Position numbers and translations under genes: made by a program
Notes under the pieces: model-generated
Told to the model about the DNA's origin: nothing
The model's input: only the letters and a program-made list of their open reading frames with translations
The model's database searches: none
Shown: positions 18,503 through 28,565 of the stretch, one piece after another
How the letters are laid out: every line of letters starts with the position of its first letter
Numbering within the stretch: the first letter of the stretch is position 1
IMG/VR virus record: IMGVR_UViG_3300032516_000004
Span: 113,942-177,941 of that record
DNA from: a virus
DNA length: 64,000 nucleotides
Reading direction: 5' to 3' (one strand)

Positions 18503-20071
18503 ATGGCGTTTTTGCAGATTAAGCGAGACAGTATTTATTTGAGCATCGAATCTACCCCCAAGCCGATTAGACCGTTGATGTCAGAATCAAAGGGGAAGTT
18601 TGTGTATTCTATTCCGGCTTGTGTGCAGATTATCAACAACGTTAAGAAAGATCGTCGCAGATTTATGAGCCTGGACACTGATTTTTCTAGATGGCTTAAG
18701 AATAATCCAGATCCATTGTGGGATTTGCTAGATACAAAGGATAAATTTGATCGTGATGGTAAACGGCAAGATTTTGCGGTTCGCCCGCAACATATTTTAC
18801 CAATATGGTCTTATATGGATAATGACGTAAAGATTGTTAAGCAGGGAAATCAATTTTATGATGACATGGAAAAATATGATGAGGGTGGTGGTAAAGTTAC
18901 CGATTGTGATTGGATGGCGTGGACAGAGGGGAGTGGTTTTTCTAAGAGATATTTCACTTCTCGTCAAGATAGGTCACAATTTACACCACTTATTGATCCT
19001 AAACTTCTAGCACAGAAAATCCAAGTGCTGATTCAGCAGGCTTTAAGTGATTTGGTTCCATTTAAAACAGAAGATGAGATGCTTAGGTATATTTATGGTA
19101 GTGTGGTAGAAGAAGCTGCGGCGTTTCCGCATGGGGTAAATGCTCCGGCTCAGATTCCAGAGCAAACTGGTATGCCGTATAATGTTATGCCAGCGTATAT
19201 GCCTGGTGGAACCCCACCAATTCAACATGGCGCTTTGCCGACTCCACAACAATGGCAACAGCCACAGCCACAGCCACAGCCACAGCCACCACAGCAGCAA
19301 CCACAACCTCCACAGCAACAATGGTCTCCTCCTGGACCCCAACAACAGATGCCTCAGCAACAAGTGTCTCAGCAGCAATGGACCGCTCCAGTACCACAAC
19401 AAGCATGGACTCCACCAGCACCACAACAAGCGTGGACTCCACCGGTACCACAACAAACTTCACAGCCACAGTGGACACCGGTACAGCAACCACCGGCACA
19501 GCAAGCACCAGTGCAGCAGCCACCGACCCAGTGGACACCCCCACAACCTCAACAGCAGTGGACACCACCTAAAGTTGATGTGCCAAATGCACCGGTTACA
19601 TCTCAACCGGTATTTGCCCCACCAGCTCAACCATCTCAACAGGCACAACCAATGCAGGTTGGTGGACCGGGACAGGTCGTTGTAAGTGGTGGTAAACATG
19701 ATGGTAAAACTTTGGGCTGGATTAAAGACAATGACGCTAGTTATCTCTCATTTTTAAAGGGGAACAAGAAGGAACTTGCACCGGCCATCGAAGCTCTATT
19801 GGGTGGAACCCAACTACCAACACAGACACCTAGCGCTCAACCACAGGCACAACAAGTTAATCCAGATGCTGAGGCAGTAAGATCACAATTGGTAAAAGAG
19901 ATAAACCAAAAAATCATGTCTATTCCCGAATTTCAGGGGCAGGGTGTGGTAACTGCGATGATGCCGTTCTTACAACAAGTAATTGGCACTACCAAATTCT
20001 CTGATGCCCCAATTGATCAACTGCAGACTCTTAAGATGGCTGTTGATACTAAATTAGCTCCAAGAGCGTAA
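18503..20071 (+). CDS. Putative ssDNA-binding/recombination-mediator protein with long Pro/Gln-rich linker
   Basis: Globular N-terminal ~200 aa, PQ repeats, a small GGKHDGKTL..DASYL domain; immediately upstream of recA; GGAG RBS. Confidence 0.5.
   Translation: MAFLQIKRDSIYLSIESTPKPIRPLMSESKGKFVYSIPACVQIINNVKKDRRRFMSLDTDFSRWLKNNPDPLWDLLDTKDKFDRDGKRQDFAVRPQHILPIWSYMDNDVKIVKQGNQFYDDMEKYDEGGGKVTDCDWMAWTEGSGFSKRYFTSRQDRSQFTPLIDPKLLAQKIQVLIQQALSDLVPFKTEDEMLRYIYGSVVEEAAAFPHGVNAPAQIPEQTGMPYNVMPAYMPGGTPPIQHGALPTPQQWQQPQPQPQPQPPQQQPQPPQQQWSPPGPQQQMPQQQVSQQQWTAPVPQQAWTPPAPQQAWTPPVPQQTSQPQWTPVQQPPAQQAPVQQPPTQWTPPQPQQQWTPPKVDVPNAPVTSQPVFAPPAQPSQQAQPMQVGGPGQVVVSGGKHDGKTLGWIKDNDASYLSFLKGNKKELAPAIEALLGGTQLPTQTPSAQPQAQQVNPDAEAVRSQLVKEINQKIMSIPEFQGQGVVTAMMPFLQQVIGTTKFSDAPIDQLQTLKMAVDTKLAPRA
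19243..19620 (+). repeat. Coding low-complexity repeats (CAGCCA hexamers; QQ(A)WTPP units)
   Basis: Tandem CAGCCA and several CAGCAG/CAAGCA-TGGAC-C units. Confidence 0.85.
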
Positions 20072-20075
20072 AAAT

Positions 20076-21236
20076 ATGAAGAAGAAAGATGAAAAAGTAG
20101 CCCCAACCATATCTCAAAGTGGGGATGTGAAGAAAATAAGGGATACCTTAAACACACAGCTTAAGGCCAATGTGGCCCAGGAAATAAAGGAAAAGCCAAC
20201 GATTGTGTTGTCTTCTGGTATTCTATCAATGGATCTTGCTGTCAGTAATGGTGGTTTAGTTCTTGGACGAGTGATGGACATATTTGGTTGGGAGGGCACG
20301 GGTAAAACCTTGATGTGTATGACCATAGGCGGTTATATACAAAGATGTACTAAACTTGATAAAGATGGAAAAGCTGTTAATAGAGTAGTGGCTTTCCTTG
20401 ATGCAGAAGGCACGTTCTCTAGGAGTTTTGCCGCTAGTGCTGGTTTAAATACAGACGAATTGATCCTTGTTCAGAGCACGCCTGAGAAAATTATTTCTGG
20501 TGAAGAATATTTTGATATTATGGCCACATTAATTGGTCTTGGTGCTGATTACATCATTCTTGATTCATGTCCGGCTCTTAATCCTAGTCAAGTAATGATG
20601 AATGTTACCGGTCATGGTCAAAAATCACCTATTGGTCAGCTAATGTCTAGTGGGTTAAATAAGATCACGCCAATAGTTAATGCGAATGGACAAACATTGG
20701 TTCATTTTATTAATCAGAAACGTGGTCGGCCAATGGCTAAGCCGTGGGAAAGCTCTGAGATAGAGACCGGTGGAAATGCATTAAAATTTTATTCGTCATA
20801 TCGATTTGAGGTAGTGCACGCAGAAGATATTCATAAAAATGTGTTGGGTGCTGATGGTGTCTATCGTGAGAAGAAAGTTGGCGTAACATCAAAAGTTAGA
20901 ATTATTAAGAATAAAACAGCACCAATTCCACCATATTTACCCAGTGTTAATTATCATTTTGAGTTCGATGTATATTTTGAGCCATTTAAAGATGAAACAG
21001 GAATGGAGTATCATCGTGGGGTTGATGTTGTAAAAGATTTTGTAGCCACAGGTATTCGTACGGGTGTTATTGTTCAGAAAAGTTCATGGTTTAGTTTTGG
21101 GCCTATTAGTGCTAATGGTGAACAGGCCATGATTCTAAAGGTTAGAGATAAACCAGAAACCATGAATGAAATCAGAGCTGAAGTGTTTGATAAGATGAAT
21201 GGGAAAACTCCTAAAGTAGAGGCACAAGATGGGTAG
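20076..21236 (+). CDS. recA: RecA/UvsX-like recombinase
   Basis: GWEGTGKT Walker A, FLDAEG, IILDS, FINQ, TGGNALKFYSS. Confidence 0.9.
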   Translation: MKKKDEKVAPTISQSGDVKKIRDTLNTQLKANVAQEIKEKPTIVLSSGILSMDLAVSNGGLVLGRVMDIFGWEGTGKTLMCMTIGGYIQRCTKLDKDGKAVNRVVAFLDAEGTFSRSFAASAGLNTDELILVQSTPEKIISGEEYFDIMATLIGLGADYIILDSCPALNPSQVMMNVTGHGQKSPIGQLMSSGLNKITPIVNANGQTLVHFINQKRGRPMAKPWESSEIETGGNALKFYSSYRFEVVHAEDIHKNVLGADGVYREKKVGVTSKVRIIKNKTAPIPPYLPSVNYHFEFDVYFEPFKDETGMEYHRGVDVVKDFVATGIRTGVIVQKSSWFSFGPISANGEQAMILKVRDKPETMNEIRAEVFDKMNGKTPKVEAQDG

Positions 21237-21810
21237 TAGTAGAGTACAAGTAAAGTGCCCACAGTGTGCGTGTGTTTTTCTTCCATCTCTTGAAGAGACA
21301 CAATCTAGAGCAGGAGCAAGTGCGCGTAGGAAAGGACATGCTTTTGAACGTATCGTAGCTAAGAAACTTCAAACCTGGTGGAATCAAGATGGTAAATTCC
21401 AGTTCGAATTCAAAAGAACTCCGCAAAGTGGGGGCTCTAGTCTTAAACAAGGATGGGGTCTTGCTGGGGATATTGCAACTACCGCTCAAAATTGGCCATA
21501 TCACGTTGAATGTAAAAATGCTCCCGGCAGTTTTGCTGGATTACATCAATTCTTGTCCGCTGAAAAATTCAAATTCTGGGAATGGTTAGAGCAGTGTGGG
21601 CGAGACAGGCCCATTAATAAGTTAATTTTAATAATTTTTAATAGATTTGATCAACCTACCTGGTGCGCGTCACCGGAGGATAGCCTTATAGTGACCGCAC
21701 TTAATGGAACTAATATTAATTATTTTAATCTAGTTAAACGTCCAAGGTATAGTATTTATATTTGGAAGTTAGAGGATATGTTAGCCACCTCTCCGGAGAA
21801 ATGGAAATGA
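21229..21810 (+). CDS. PD-(D/E)xK Holliday junction resolvase-like nuclease
   Basis: RRKGHAFER, RTPQSGG, GDI, VECKN. Confidence 0.75.
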   Translation: MGSSRVQVKCPQCACVFLPSLEETQSRAGASARRKGHAFERIVAKKLQTWWNQDGKFQFEFKRTPQSGGSSLKQGWGLAGDIATTAQNWPYHVECKNAPGSFAGLHQFLSAEKFKFWEWLEQCGRDRPINKLILIIFNRFDQPTWCASPEDSLIVTALNGTNINYFNLVKRPRYSIYIWKLEDMLATSPEKWK

Positions 21811-22007
21811 ATAAACCGAATCCAAGATTTCCAATTTGGCCTAATGCAAAGTGTGGACACTGCGGTCATGACGCATCAAAAGATCCTGAGGATCCATATC
21901 ACTATAAGCTTACGTGTCCCACATGCTTTCGTGACGGTTGTGGTGGGCGTATGCCAATGGGACGAGACTGTGAGTGTCCTGAATGTGAGAATGGAGATAA
22001 TGAATGA
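21807..22007 (+). CDS. Small Cys-rich protein
   Basis: CGHC, CPTC, CECPEC. Confidence 0.5.
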   Translation: MNKPNPRFPIWPNAKCGHCGHDASKDPEDPYHYKLTCPTCFRDGCGGRMPMGRDCECPECENGDNE

Positions 22008-22210
22008 AAAAGTTGAATACGTATTGTGTTATGGCCGATATTGAACTTTTCGGCACTAATATAGAGATCGAGGCTAAATCGTTGGAAGAAGCGTTGGAAG
22101 AAGCGTTGGAAAAATCCAAGGAATTAGATATTAACGATTTTATTGATATTAAGGGTCAACATAATGACGATACGTGTCACATAACAGGTTTATGGGAAGA
22201 CAGGAGATAA
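22004..22210 (+). CDS. Hypothetical protein
   Basis: 68 aa; contains an in-frame 12-bp duplication (EEAL x2). Confidence 0.5.
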   Translation: MKKLNTYCVMADIELFGTNIEIEAKSLEEALEEALEKSKELDINDFIDIKGQHNDDTCHITGLWEDRR

Positions 22211-22211
22211 T

Positions 22212-22430
22212 ATGTCATTTCGTTGTGAACAGTGTAATGAGGCTCAGCCGCAAAGATCAAAACCTAATGTGGTGGTGACTGAATGGTATGGTGGTCATGA
22301 TGGATCACGACAGATTAAGCGTGAAAAGAGGCTTTGCGACCGGTGTGCTGGTAAGGATATTAAGTCAGTTGAGCCTGTAATTCTTACACCGCTCGATACC
22401 ATTGCGGTAAAACTTGAGATTCCCGGATGA
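22212..22430 (+). CDS. Small Zn-ribbon protein
   Basis: CEQC...CDRC. Confidence 0.5.
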   Translation: MSFRCEQCNEAQPQRSKPNVVVTEWYGGHDGSRQIKREKRLCDRCAGKDIKSVEPVILTPLDTIAVKLEIPG

Positions 22431-22726
22431 TTGCTCCTAGGCCAAGTGCTTGGGCACATGAAATAGCGACTAGCATCATCAATAAGCAGCTTGATTGGAA
22501 GCGGGATAGAACCGCTTTATTACGCGACATGACGCTGGAACTAGAAAAGGCTTACGCGGCAGGTATTGATTGTGGGACTCAAACAGAGCGAAAGAATCAA
22601 ACCTCTCATTTGTTTAATGATTTAGTGCTTATGTGTAGAGCAAGTCCAGAATATAAGAATCACCTTCAAGAACTATGTGCTCGGTACATTGCTAATGAAA
22701 CTGAATGTAATGTGAGGATAGAATAA
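22427..22726 (+). CDS. Hypothetical protein
   Basis: 99-aa coupled ORF. Confidence 0.5.
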   Translation: MIAPRPSAWAHEIATSIINKQLDWKRDRTALLRDMTLELEKAYAAGIDCGTQTERKNQTSHLFNDLVLMCRASPEYKNHLQELCARYIANETECNVRIE

Positions 22727-23130
22727 TGGTCGTTTGTAATGACCCGATTACTATTACCAATATTCTGATTAAGAAACCAGAAGAGGTTACGGCATATATT
22801 AATACTCACGTCTTGTCTCATAAAGTACCACAGTTTACACCAAATCATCCCATTAATGTAACTGATCTAGTGCCGCTTTTATCAATTTTTGCGAATAGTC
22901 ATAGTTATATTACTGAATTATATAACGTGGTGTTTTGCGCCTTATATGAGCAGAAGAAACATAAGCGTTCCAAAGACGGACAACACAGCGAGGATCAATA
23001 CACGGATTTAGAGGCTAAAAAGGAAGTATTGTATCGGACTGCCCAGTCATTGGATAGGATGTATGAAGCAGCGTCGAGAATTATGACGGGGATTGGAGCC
23101 CCTGATCCTAGACAAAGTAGACACCCATAG
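22726..23130 (+). CDS. Hypothetical protein (possible recombination/repair accessory)
   Basis: 134-aa helical ORF in the recombination cluster. Confidence 0.45.
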   Translation: MVVCNDPITITNILIKKPEEVTAYINTHVLSHKVPQFTPNHPINVTDLVPLLSIFANSHSYITELYNVVFCALYEQKKHKRSKDGQHSEDQYTDLEAKKEVLYRTAQSLDRMYEAASRIMTGIGAPDPRQSRHP

Positions 23131-23139
23131 GAGATCAAC

Positions 23140-23430
23140 ATGGCAAACATTAAAGAACGATCATTTGGTGGTACAACCTTTAACTCTGTTAGTCCTAAGG
23201 TGCCAGTTGGTAGAGGCATTAGTAGGAATGAAGCATCGATGTATAATCTTAATCTGTCATATGAAGGATGGTTAAGGTTAGCACAGGCCAGTCATAACGT
23301 CACCGCGTATCTCAGCGAATTCAAAGAACAGTCAAAGGCACATAAACAGGGCGTTAATTTGGTGGTGAATTTTGAGACTGGTAGAGTAGAAGCGGTTGCA
23401 GTTGGCAAGAAACAACTTAACTTGTTCTAA
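23140..23430 (+). CDS. Hypothetical protein
   Basis: 96 aa; AGGAG RBS. Confidence 0.55.
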   Translation: MANIKERSFGGTTFNSVSPKVPVGRGISRNEASMYNLNLSYEGWLRLAQASHNVTAYLSEFKEQSKAHKQGVNLVVNFETGRVEAVAVGKKQLNLF

Positions 23431-24860
23431 TGTATAACGTTGTTGTTGATTATGCGTATTCTAGAATAGAACCAAAACTATCTTCTGAAATACTCGTAAA
23501 ATTATCAAATAAACTAAGTTACTATCAAGAAGGCTATCGCTTTATGCGAGCCTTTAAACTCAAGAAGTGGGATGGGAAGACGTACCTATTTAATATGCTG
23601 GACCAATCATTTCGTACGGGTCTTTTATGGCGGGTTTGTAGAATATTAAGTCAGGAGAATGTGGAGCATAAAATTCATGATCTGCGGGTTAAGAAGTCAA
23701 ACATTAAATATTTAGAAAATATAGATGTTGGTGTTAATCCACATGAGTTTCAACTAGAAGCCGCTAAATCTACCATTAATTGTACTCATGGGATAATCGC
23801 GTCACCTACTGGTACTGGTAAAACGGTTGCGATGGCGCTGACTGTTAAGCTTAATAACACGCAAACATTAATTATTGAAAATAGTCGTGTATTATTAGAT
23901 CAAGTCTACGAGTATTTTGATAGTATAATTCCTGGTAAAGTGGGTATTATTGGTGATGGTGATTTTGAATTAAATGATGTGGTGGTGGCCACCTACCAAT
24001 CTCTAGCATCTATTCTTGGGATAGGAAGAAAACAAGAACCAAGCGATAAGGCATCATTATTAAAAGGATGGTTAGATCAAGTTGGTCTTTTGATTGATGA
24101 CGAAGTTCACGAAGCAGATACTGATAGCATGACCGGTATTTGTTCGTTAGTTAAAGCTGATCGGTTTATCGGTACTACTGCTACCCCATATTCTTGGGCA
24201 CATGCTTCTGAAAAGACCGCTAATTTACCACTCGAGCAAAATTTTGGTATTAAATGCTATGATTCTCGAGATATCGTTGACTTTATTAAACTTGGTCTTA
24301 CGGTGCCATTATATATTTTGAGACCGATTGCGCCGTCAGTAGATATATATAAAAATTATTCACCAGAAGATAAATCTGAGGGTGAATTTAGAAATGTGAT
24401 CGATGCACAAGTGATTAATAATCAAGCTCGTATAGAAATGATCGCTGAACGCACGAGACATTATGTTACAAATGGAATGTCAACGTATGTTTATTATAAC
24501 AGGATAGCATTTGGAGAGGCGATCTGCAATGCTACTAGCAATATGGATCCAGTTATGTTACAAGGTAGTACTTCTCGTGATAAAAGACAGAAAATATTTA
24601 AAGACTTAGAAGATAAGAAAAAGTTGCTGGTTGTATCTGACATCGGGAGTTACGGATTAAACATAAAATCTTTAAATACAATAATAGTCGGATACCCACC
24701 GAAAGATGTTCGACAAATTAAAGGTCGTGTGTGTAGAAAAGCAAACGGTAAAGAATACGGTATGGTTGAGGATTTAGTAGATTATGCGCCATATTTGTTT
24801 TATCATAGTGGTTTGCGTGCTAAACAGTACAAAAAAGACAATGACGTCATGTTAGGGTGA
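23430..24860 (+). CDS. UvsW-like superfamily 2 helicase
   Basis: SPTGTGKT, DDEVH, TTAT and QIKGRVCR motifs. Confidence 0.85.
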   Translation: MYNVVVDYAYSRIEPKLSSEILVKLSNKLSYYQEGYRFMRAFKLKKWDGKTYLFNMLDQSFRTGLLWRVCRILSQENVEHKIHDLRVKKSNIKYLENIDVGVNPHEFQLEAAKSTINCTHGIIASPTGTGKTVAMALTVKLNNTQTLIIENSRVLLDQVYEYFDSIIPGKVGIIGDGDFELNDVVVATYQSLASILGIGRKQEPSDKASLLKGWLDQVGLLIDDEVHEADTDSMTGICSLVKADRFIGTTATPYSWAHASEKTANLPLEQNFGIKCYDSRDIVDFIKLGLTVPLYILRPIAPSVDIYKNYSPEDKSEGEFRNVIDAQVINNQARIEMIAERTRHYVTNGMSTYVYYNRIAFGEAICNATSNMDPVMLQGSTSRDKRQKIFKDLEDKKKLLVVSDIGSYGLNIKSLNTIIVGYPPKDVRQIKGRVCRKANGKEYGMVEDLVDYAPYLFYHSGLRAKQYKKDNDVMLG

Positions 24861-24863
24861 TTT

Positions 24864-25436
24864 ATGGGTATGTACACAAGCATAATTGTTGGTGGTAAAG
24901 AGTACCAAATCAAATGTGGGTATGATGATGGCGACCGATATGGAATTGGTGATACTGTAGATTGGAAAATTTGGCCAGATCAACCAGGTGAAGGTAAATT
25001 ATTGGATGGTGTGTATGATGGGTGTTGTTACCCGGATGAAGATAAGTGGGTAATTATCAAGGATCATAAAGTCTTTCGTACATTTCCTAAAGTAAATGCT
25101 GGTATTCCGGTATCGTGTGATGATTTGGAAATCGCCTACAGTATTGTTGAATACGACCGTGAATGGTGGACTGATAGGGCCTGGATACGTGAGGATATTA
25201 AAAGTGCTAGAAGTGATATCAAGTACCTTAAATGGAAATTAGAAGACAACAAAAAGACACTAAGATTTTTAAGATCCATTGCTCGTTTACCGGAAGAACA
25301 AATTAAATCACGTCGTAAGGAATTTAATCAAAAACGTATGTCTAAAATACTGGCTAAACCTATTATTAAAATGTTGAATTATAAGGGTTTTGTTAGAAAG
25401 ATATTTAAGGTCAAGAAATTGAAGAGCGAGAAATGA
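24864..25436 (+). CDS. Hypothetical protein
   Basis: 190-aa ORF. Confidence 0.55.
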   Translation: MGMYTSIIVGGKEYQIKCGYDDGDRYGIGDTVDWKIWPDQPGEGKLLDGVYDGCCYPDEDKWVIIKDHKVFRTFPKVNAGIPVSCDDLEIAYSIVEYDREWWTDRAWIREDIKSARSDIKYLKWKLEDNKKTLRFLRSIARLPEEQIKSRRKEFNQKRMSKILAKPIIKMLNYKGFVRKIFKVKKLKSEK

Positions 25437-25580
25437 AATATCTGATATTAAGTTTTGGTTTGTTTATTTTTGCGTGTGATGACTGTTTGGAGAAATGTAA
25501 GCCGTTGTTTAGATGTGATGATGTTGATTATGGTTGCCAGTCTTTAGCAATTGACTGTATGGTTAAATGTGAGAAAAACC

Positions 25581-25832
25581 ATGAAAGTTAGAGACTTAAT
25601 AGATAGGTTGAATTATTTGGCTAATAATGGGTTTGGCAATGTGGATGTGGGCCTCATATTTCACAATACTGTTCATAATATAGACCAGATTCTAGTAGGC
25701 ACTAATGATGATAGTGTTGAGGATGTTGTTGGTTTGAATCCACAACAAGCAAAGGTTATATATATGACCCGTGACATGAAACCAACATATTTTATGTATC
25801 AAACCAATAAATGGAAGAGAATAGATGAATGA
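25581..25832 (+). CDS. Hypothetical protein
   Basis: Start moved to ATG 25581 (MKVRDLIDRL). Confidence 0.45.
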   Translation: MKVRDLIDRLNYLANNGFGNVDVGLIFHNTVHNIDQILVGTNDDSVEDVVGLNPQQAKVIYMTRDMKPTYFMYQTNKWKRIDE

Positions 25833-26268
25833 ATTAGAGTACAAAATGACAGGTGGTATGATTCGACCAACCTTCCAGCACATTTATATGCAATTAGCAC
25901 ATGCTTTAGCCGCTAGATCTACATGTTCCCGTTTACAGGTTGGTGCTGTAATTACTAGTGTTGATTTTCGTAAAGTTCTTTCTATAGGTTATAATGGGAA
26001 TGCTACAGGTTTTTCTAACAAATGCGACCGTGAAGACCCAGGTAATTGTGGTTGTCTACACGCAGAAGACAATGCAGTAATAAACTGTGATGCTCCTAGA
26101 TTCATGGAAAAGATAGTGTTTGTGACACATATGCCGTGTGTTATGTGTGCTAAAAGACTAATAAATCTGGGTAATGTAAGGGCTGTGTATTATGCTCAAG
26201 ATTATAGGGTTACTGATTCAATCGAGATGTTAGAAAAGTCTAGAATTAGCACAATAAAGTTGAAGTGA
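25825..26268 (+). CDS. dCMP deaminase
   Basis: RSTC.RLQVGA, IGYNG, HAEDNA, PCVMC. Confidence 0.9.
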   Translation: MNELEYKMTGGMIRPTFQHIYMQLAHALAARSTCSRLQVGAVITSVDFRKVLSIGYNGNATGFSNKCDREDPGNCGCLHAEDNAVINCDAPRFMEKIVFVTHMPCVMCAKRLINLGNVRAVYYAQDYRVTDSIEMLEKSRISTIKLK

Positions 26269-26271
26269 GCC

Positions 26272-26661
26272 ATGGGTTTATATGACAGAATTAAAGATAC
26301 GATTAACAAGCTTAAACCAACGCTGGCTGTTCAGCCTGCCCTGCGGCCTATTAAAGAACCAATTGATATAGAAGAACCAGAAGTTCCAGAACCCATAAGA
26401 AAAGCTAGTTATATTAATGAGGCCAGCATTGTTTATGCTATTCGACAGGCGGCGCGTCACAGGTTACTGGTGCAGGTGTATTATAATTTGGTCTGGCGGT
26501 ATGTAGAGCCATATTCCATGCGCATGGGTAAATATGGTACATTATTTTATGGACACGATCTTACAAGGAATAATACTCGTTCGTTTTATATTCATAAGAT
26601 AGTGGAACTTAAGGGTACAGACATTCCATTTAATCCTAGATGGTTTATAGAAATTCAATGA
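26272..26661 (+). CDS. Stand-alone WYL-domain protein
   Basis: IRQAARHRLLVQVYY...RYVEPYS...RSFYIHKI pattern. Confidence 0.7.
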   Translation: MGLYDRIKDTINKLKPTLAVQPALRPIKEPIDIEEPEVPEPIRKASYINEASIVYAIRQAARHRLLVQVYYNLVWRYVEPYSMRMGKYGTLFYGHDLTRNNTRSFYIHKIVELKGTDIPFNPRWFIEIQ

Positions 26662-28265
26662 AAATAGTGGACGATCAGATAAGAAAAGATTGTGCAATTG
26701 GTATGCTGGTATGTGAAATGGCCAAAAAATATGACGTTAGTATACGTAGTATTCGTATTTACATAAAAACACACAGTATTAACTATATAATGGATAAAAA
26801 TAGACATAGAGCATATTTATCTACTAAATTAAAAGAAAAATGGACCGACCCCAAATTTAGAGAAAGAGCTACTAACGCCGCTATTGAGACTTGTAAAAGT
26901 AAACAATATAAAGATAATGTGTCATTAGCAACTAAAAAAGCAATGGATACTCCAGAGATTAAAGCTAAACTGTCAAGAGCTTCAAAAGACAAATGGAATA
27001 ACCCAGAATATAGAAATAATTTAATGGCATTATATTCTACTGAAGAGTATAAAAATAAATTATCATCTATATCTATGGAAAGATGGAAAGATCCTGGTAG
27101 AAGACATAAAATATCGGTCGCTATTAAGAAAAGATGGAGCGATCTGGGGTATAGGCAAAAATCGTCAGAATCTTCAGCTATTAGACAGAACACGACAAGT
27201 CATAAATTAAAAATGTCCGATATATCTAAAGATGTATGGAAGAATCCAAACCATCGATTGAAAATGAGGAATATATGGATCAGTGATGAATATAAACAGA
27301 AAAAATCAAAAATAGCTCGAGGTCTATGGGAAGATGATGAATATAGAAACAAACTAGCGGTTGCCCAAAGAACAAATAAAAAATCGCTAACCAAACCACA
27401 CAATAAGGTCATAACGATACTGGACGCATTAAATGTTCAATATGAAGTTGAGTATGTTATTGGTCCTTGGACTTTTGATGTTTTTATACCAACACATAAT
27501 ATATTAATTGAGGTTCAAGGTAACTATTGGCATAGCTTTAAGGATCAGATTAGAAGAGACAACAGCAAATTGTCTTATATATCTAAGTATTTTCCTCAGT
27601 ATAAATTAAAATATATATGGGAACATGAATGTTTTACTGATAGACAAGTAGAAAGTAAATTAAAATATTGGCTTGGCATTACTTTACAAGAAGTGAAGGA
27701 ATTTAATTTTAACGATCTCGTCATAAAAACACCCAATATTAAAGAAGCAGATGACTTTCTATATAACTGGCACTATATGTATCGTGGAACACATGGTATA
27801 GATTATGGTGGGTATATTAATGGTCAATTAATAGTATTGGCTAGATTCACCTCGCCGCATAGAAAAGAAGTCGCAACATCATTAGGGTATTCTCATAAAA
27901 ATGTATTAGAACTGTCTAGGTTGTGTGTACACCCGCAATTTCAAAAGAAAAATTTGCTTAGTTGGTTTCTATCTAAAATTAAAAATCTAATTAATGTAAA
28001 AATTAAATGTCTTGTATCATTTGCTGATACTACATACGGACATACAGGAGCTGTATATAAAGCAAGTAATTGGGAATTGCATTCGATGGTAAGGCCAGAC
28101 TATTATTATGTATCACCAGATGGGTGGGTAATGCATAAAAAGACCCTGTGGAATCGTGCTAGTAGTTTAAGTATGAAAGAATTAGAATATGCAAATAAAA
28201 TTGGGTATATTAAAGTTTTGGGGAAAGAAAAGCTAAAATTTATATACAGATTTTATAGAGATTAA
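26658..28265 (+). CDS. HTH + helical repeats + DUF559/Vsr-like endonuclease + Mom-like GNAT fusion (copy 2)
   Basis: Same architecture as 3259-4680; FDVFIP...IEVQGNYWH; ELSRLC...SFADTTYGHTGAVYKASNW. Confidence 0.75.
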   Translation: MKIVDDQIRKDCAIGMLVCEMAKKYDVSIRSIRIYIKTHSINYIMDKNRHRAYLSTKLKEKWTDPKFRERATNAAIETCKSKQYKDNVSLATKKAMDTPEIKAKLSRASKDKWNNPEYRNNLMALYSTEEYKNKLSSISMERWKDPGRRHKISVAIKKRWSDLGYRQKSSESSAIRQNTTSHKLKMSDISKDVWKNPNHRLKMRNIWISDEYKQKKSKIARGLWEDDEYRNKLAVAQRTNKKSLTKPHNKVITILDALNVQYEVEYVIGPWTFDVFIPTHNILIEVQGNYWHSFKDQIRRDNSKLSYISKYFPQYKLKYIWEHECFTDRQVESKLKYWLGITLQEVKEFNFNDLVIKTPNIKEADDFLYNWHYMYRGTHGIDYGGYINGQLIVLARFTSPHRKEVATSLGYSHKNVLELSRLCVHPQFQKKNLLSWFLSKIKNLINVKIKCLVSFADTTYGHTGAVYKASNWELHSMVRPDYYYVSPDGWVMHKKTLWNRASSLSMKELEYANKIGYIKVLGKEKLKFIYRFYRD

Positions 28266-28298
28266 CTAATTATAACTGGCATACTATAGGATAATATC

Positions 28299-28565
28299 AT
28301 GGCCGTTTTTCATGTAGATCAAAGAATACACAAATTAGTTCAACAGTATTGTAAGAACAATGGGTTTCAAATAAAACAATGGGTAATAGCTGCCTTAGAG
28401 AAAGCAATGTACGATGGTGTTGGATATGTAGAAGGAAATATGAAGATCAATCCATCCAAGAAAATGAGATTGGACAAGGTTGTTCAGAAACAGCTGGTTG
28501 ATAACACACCCGCACCATCAGACGATGATCTGTGGTTTAAGCCGCCATTTTGGGCTAAGAACTAA
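28299..28565 (+). CDS. Hypothetical protein (possible ribbon-helix-helix)
   Basis: MAVFHVDQRIHKLVQQYC...IKQWV pattern. Confidence 0.45.
   Translation: MAVFHVDQRIHKLVQQYCKNNGFQIKQWVIAALEKAMYDGVGYVEGNMKINPSKKMRLDKVVQKQLVDNTPAPSDDDLWFKPPFWAKN

Noticed and set aside
19043-19699. Several overlapping alternative-frame and antisense ORFs (poly-AT, WLWL, HSHS)
   Set aside because: These are shadows of the Pro/Gln low-complexity repeat of the 18503-20071 gene.
22080-22109. 12-bp tandem repeat CGTTGGAAGAAG
   Set aside because: A short in-frame duplication (EEAL) with no sign of wider structure.
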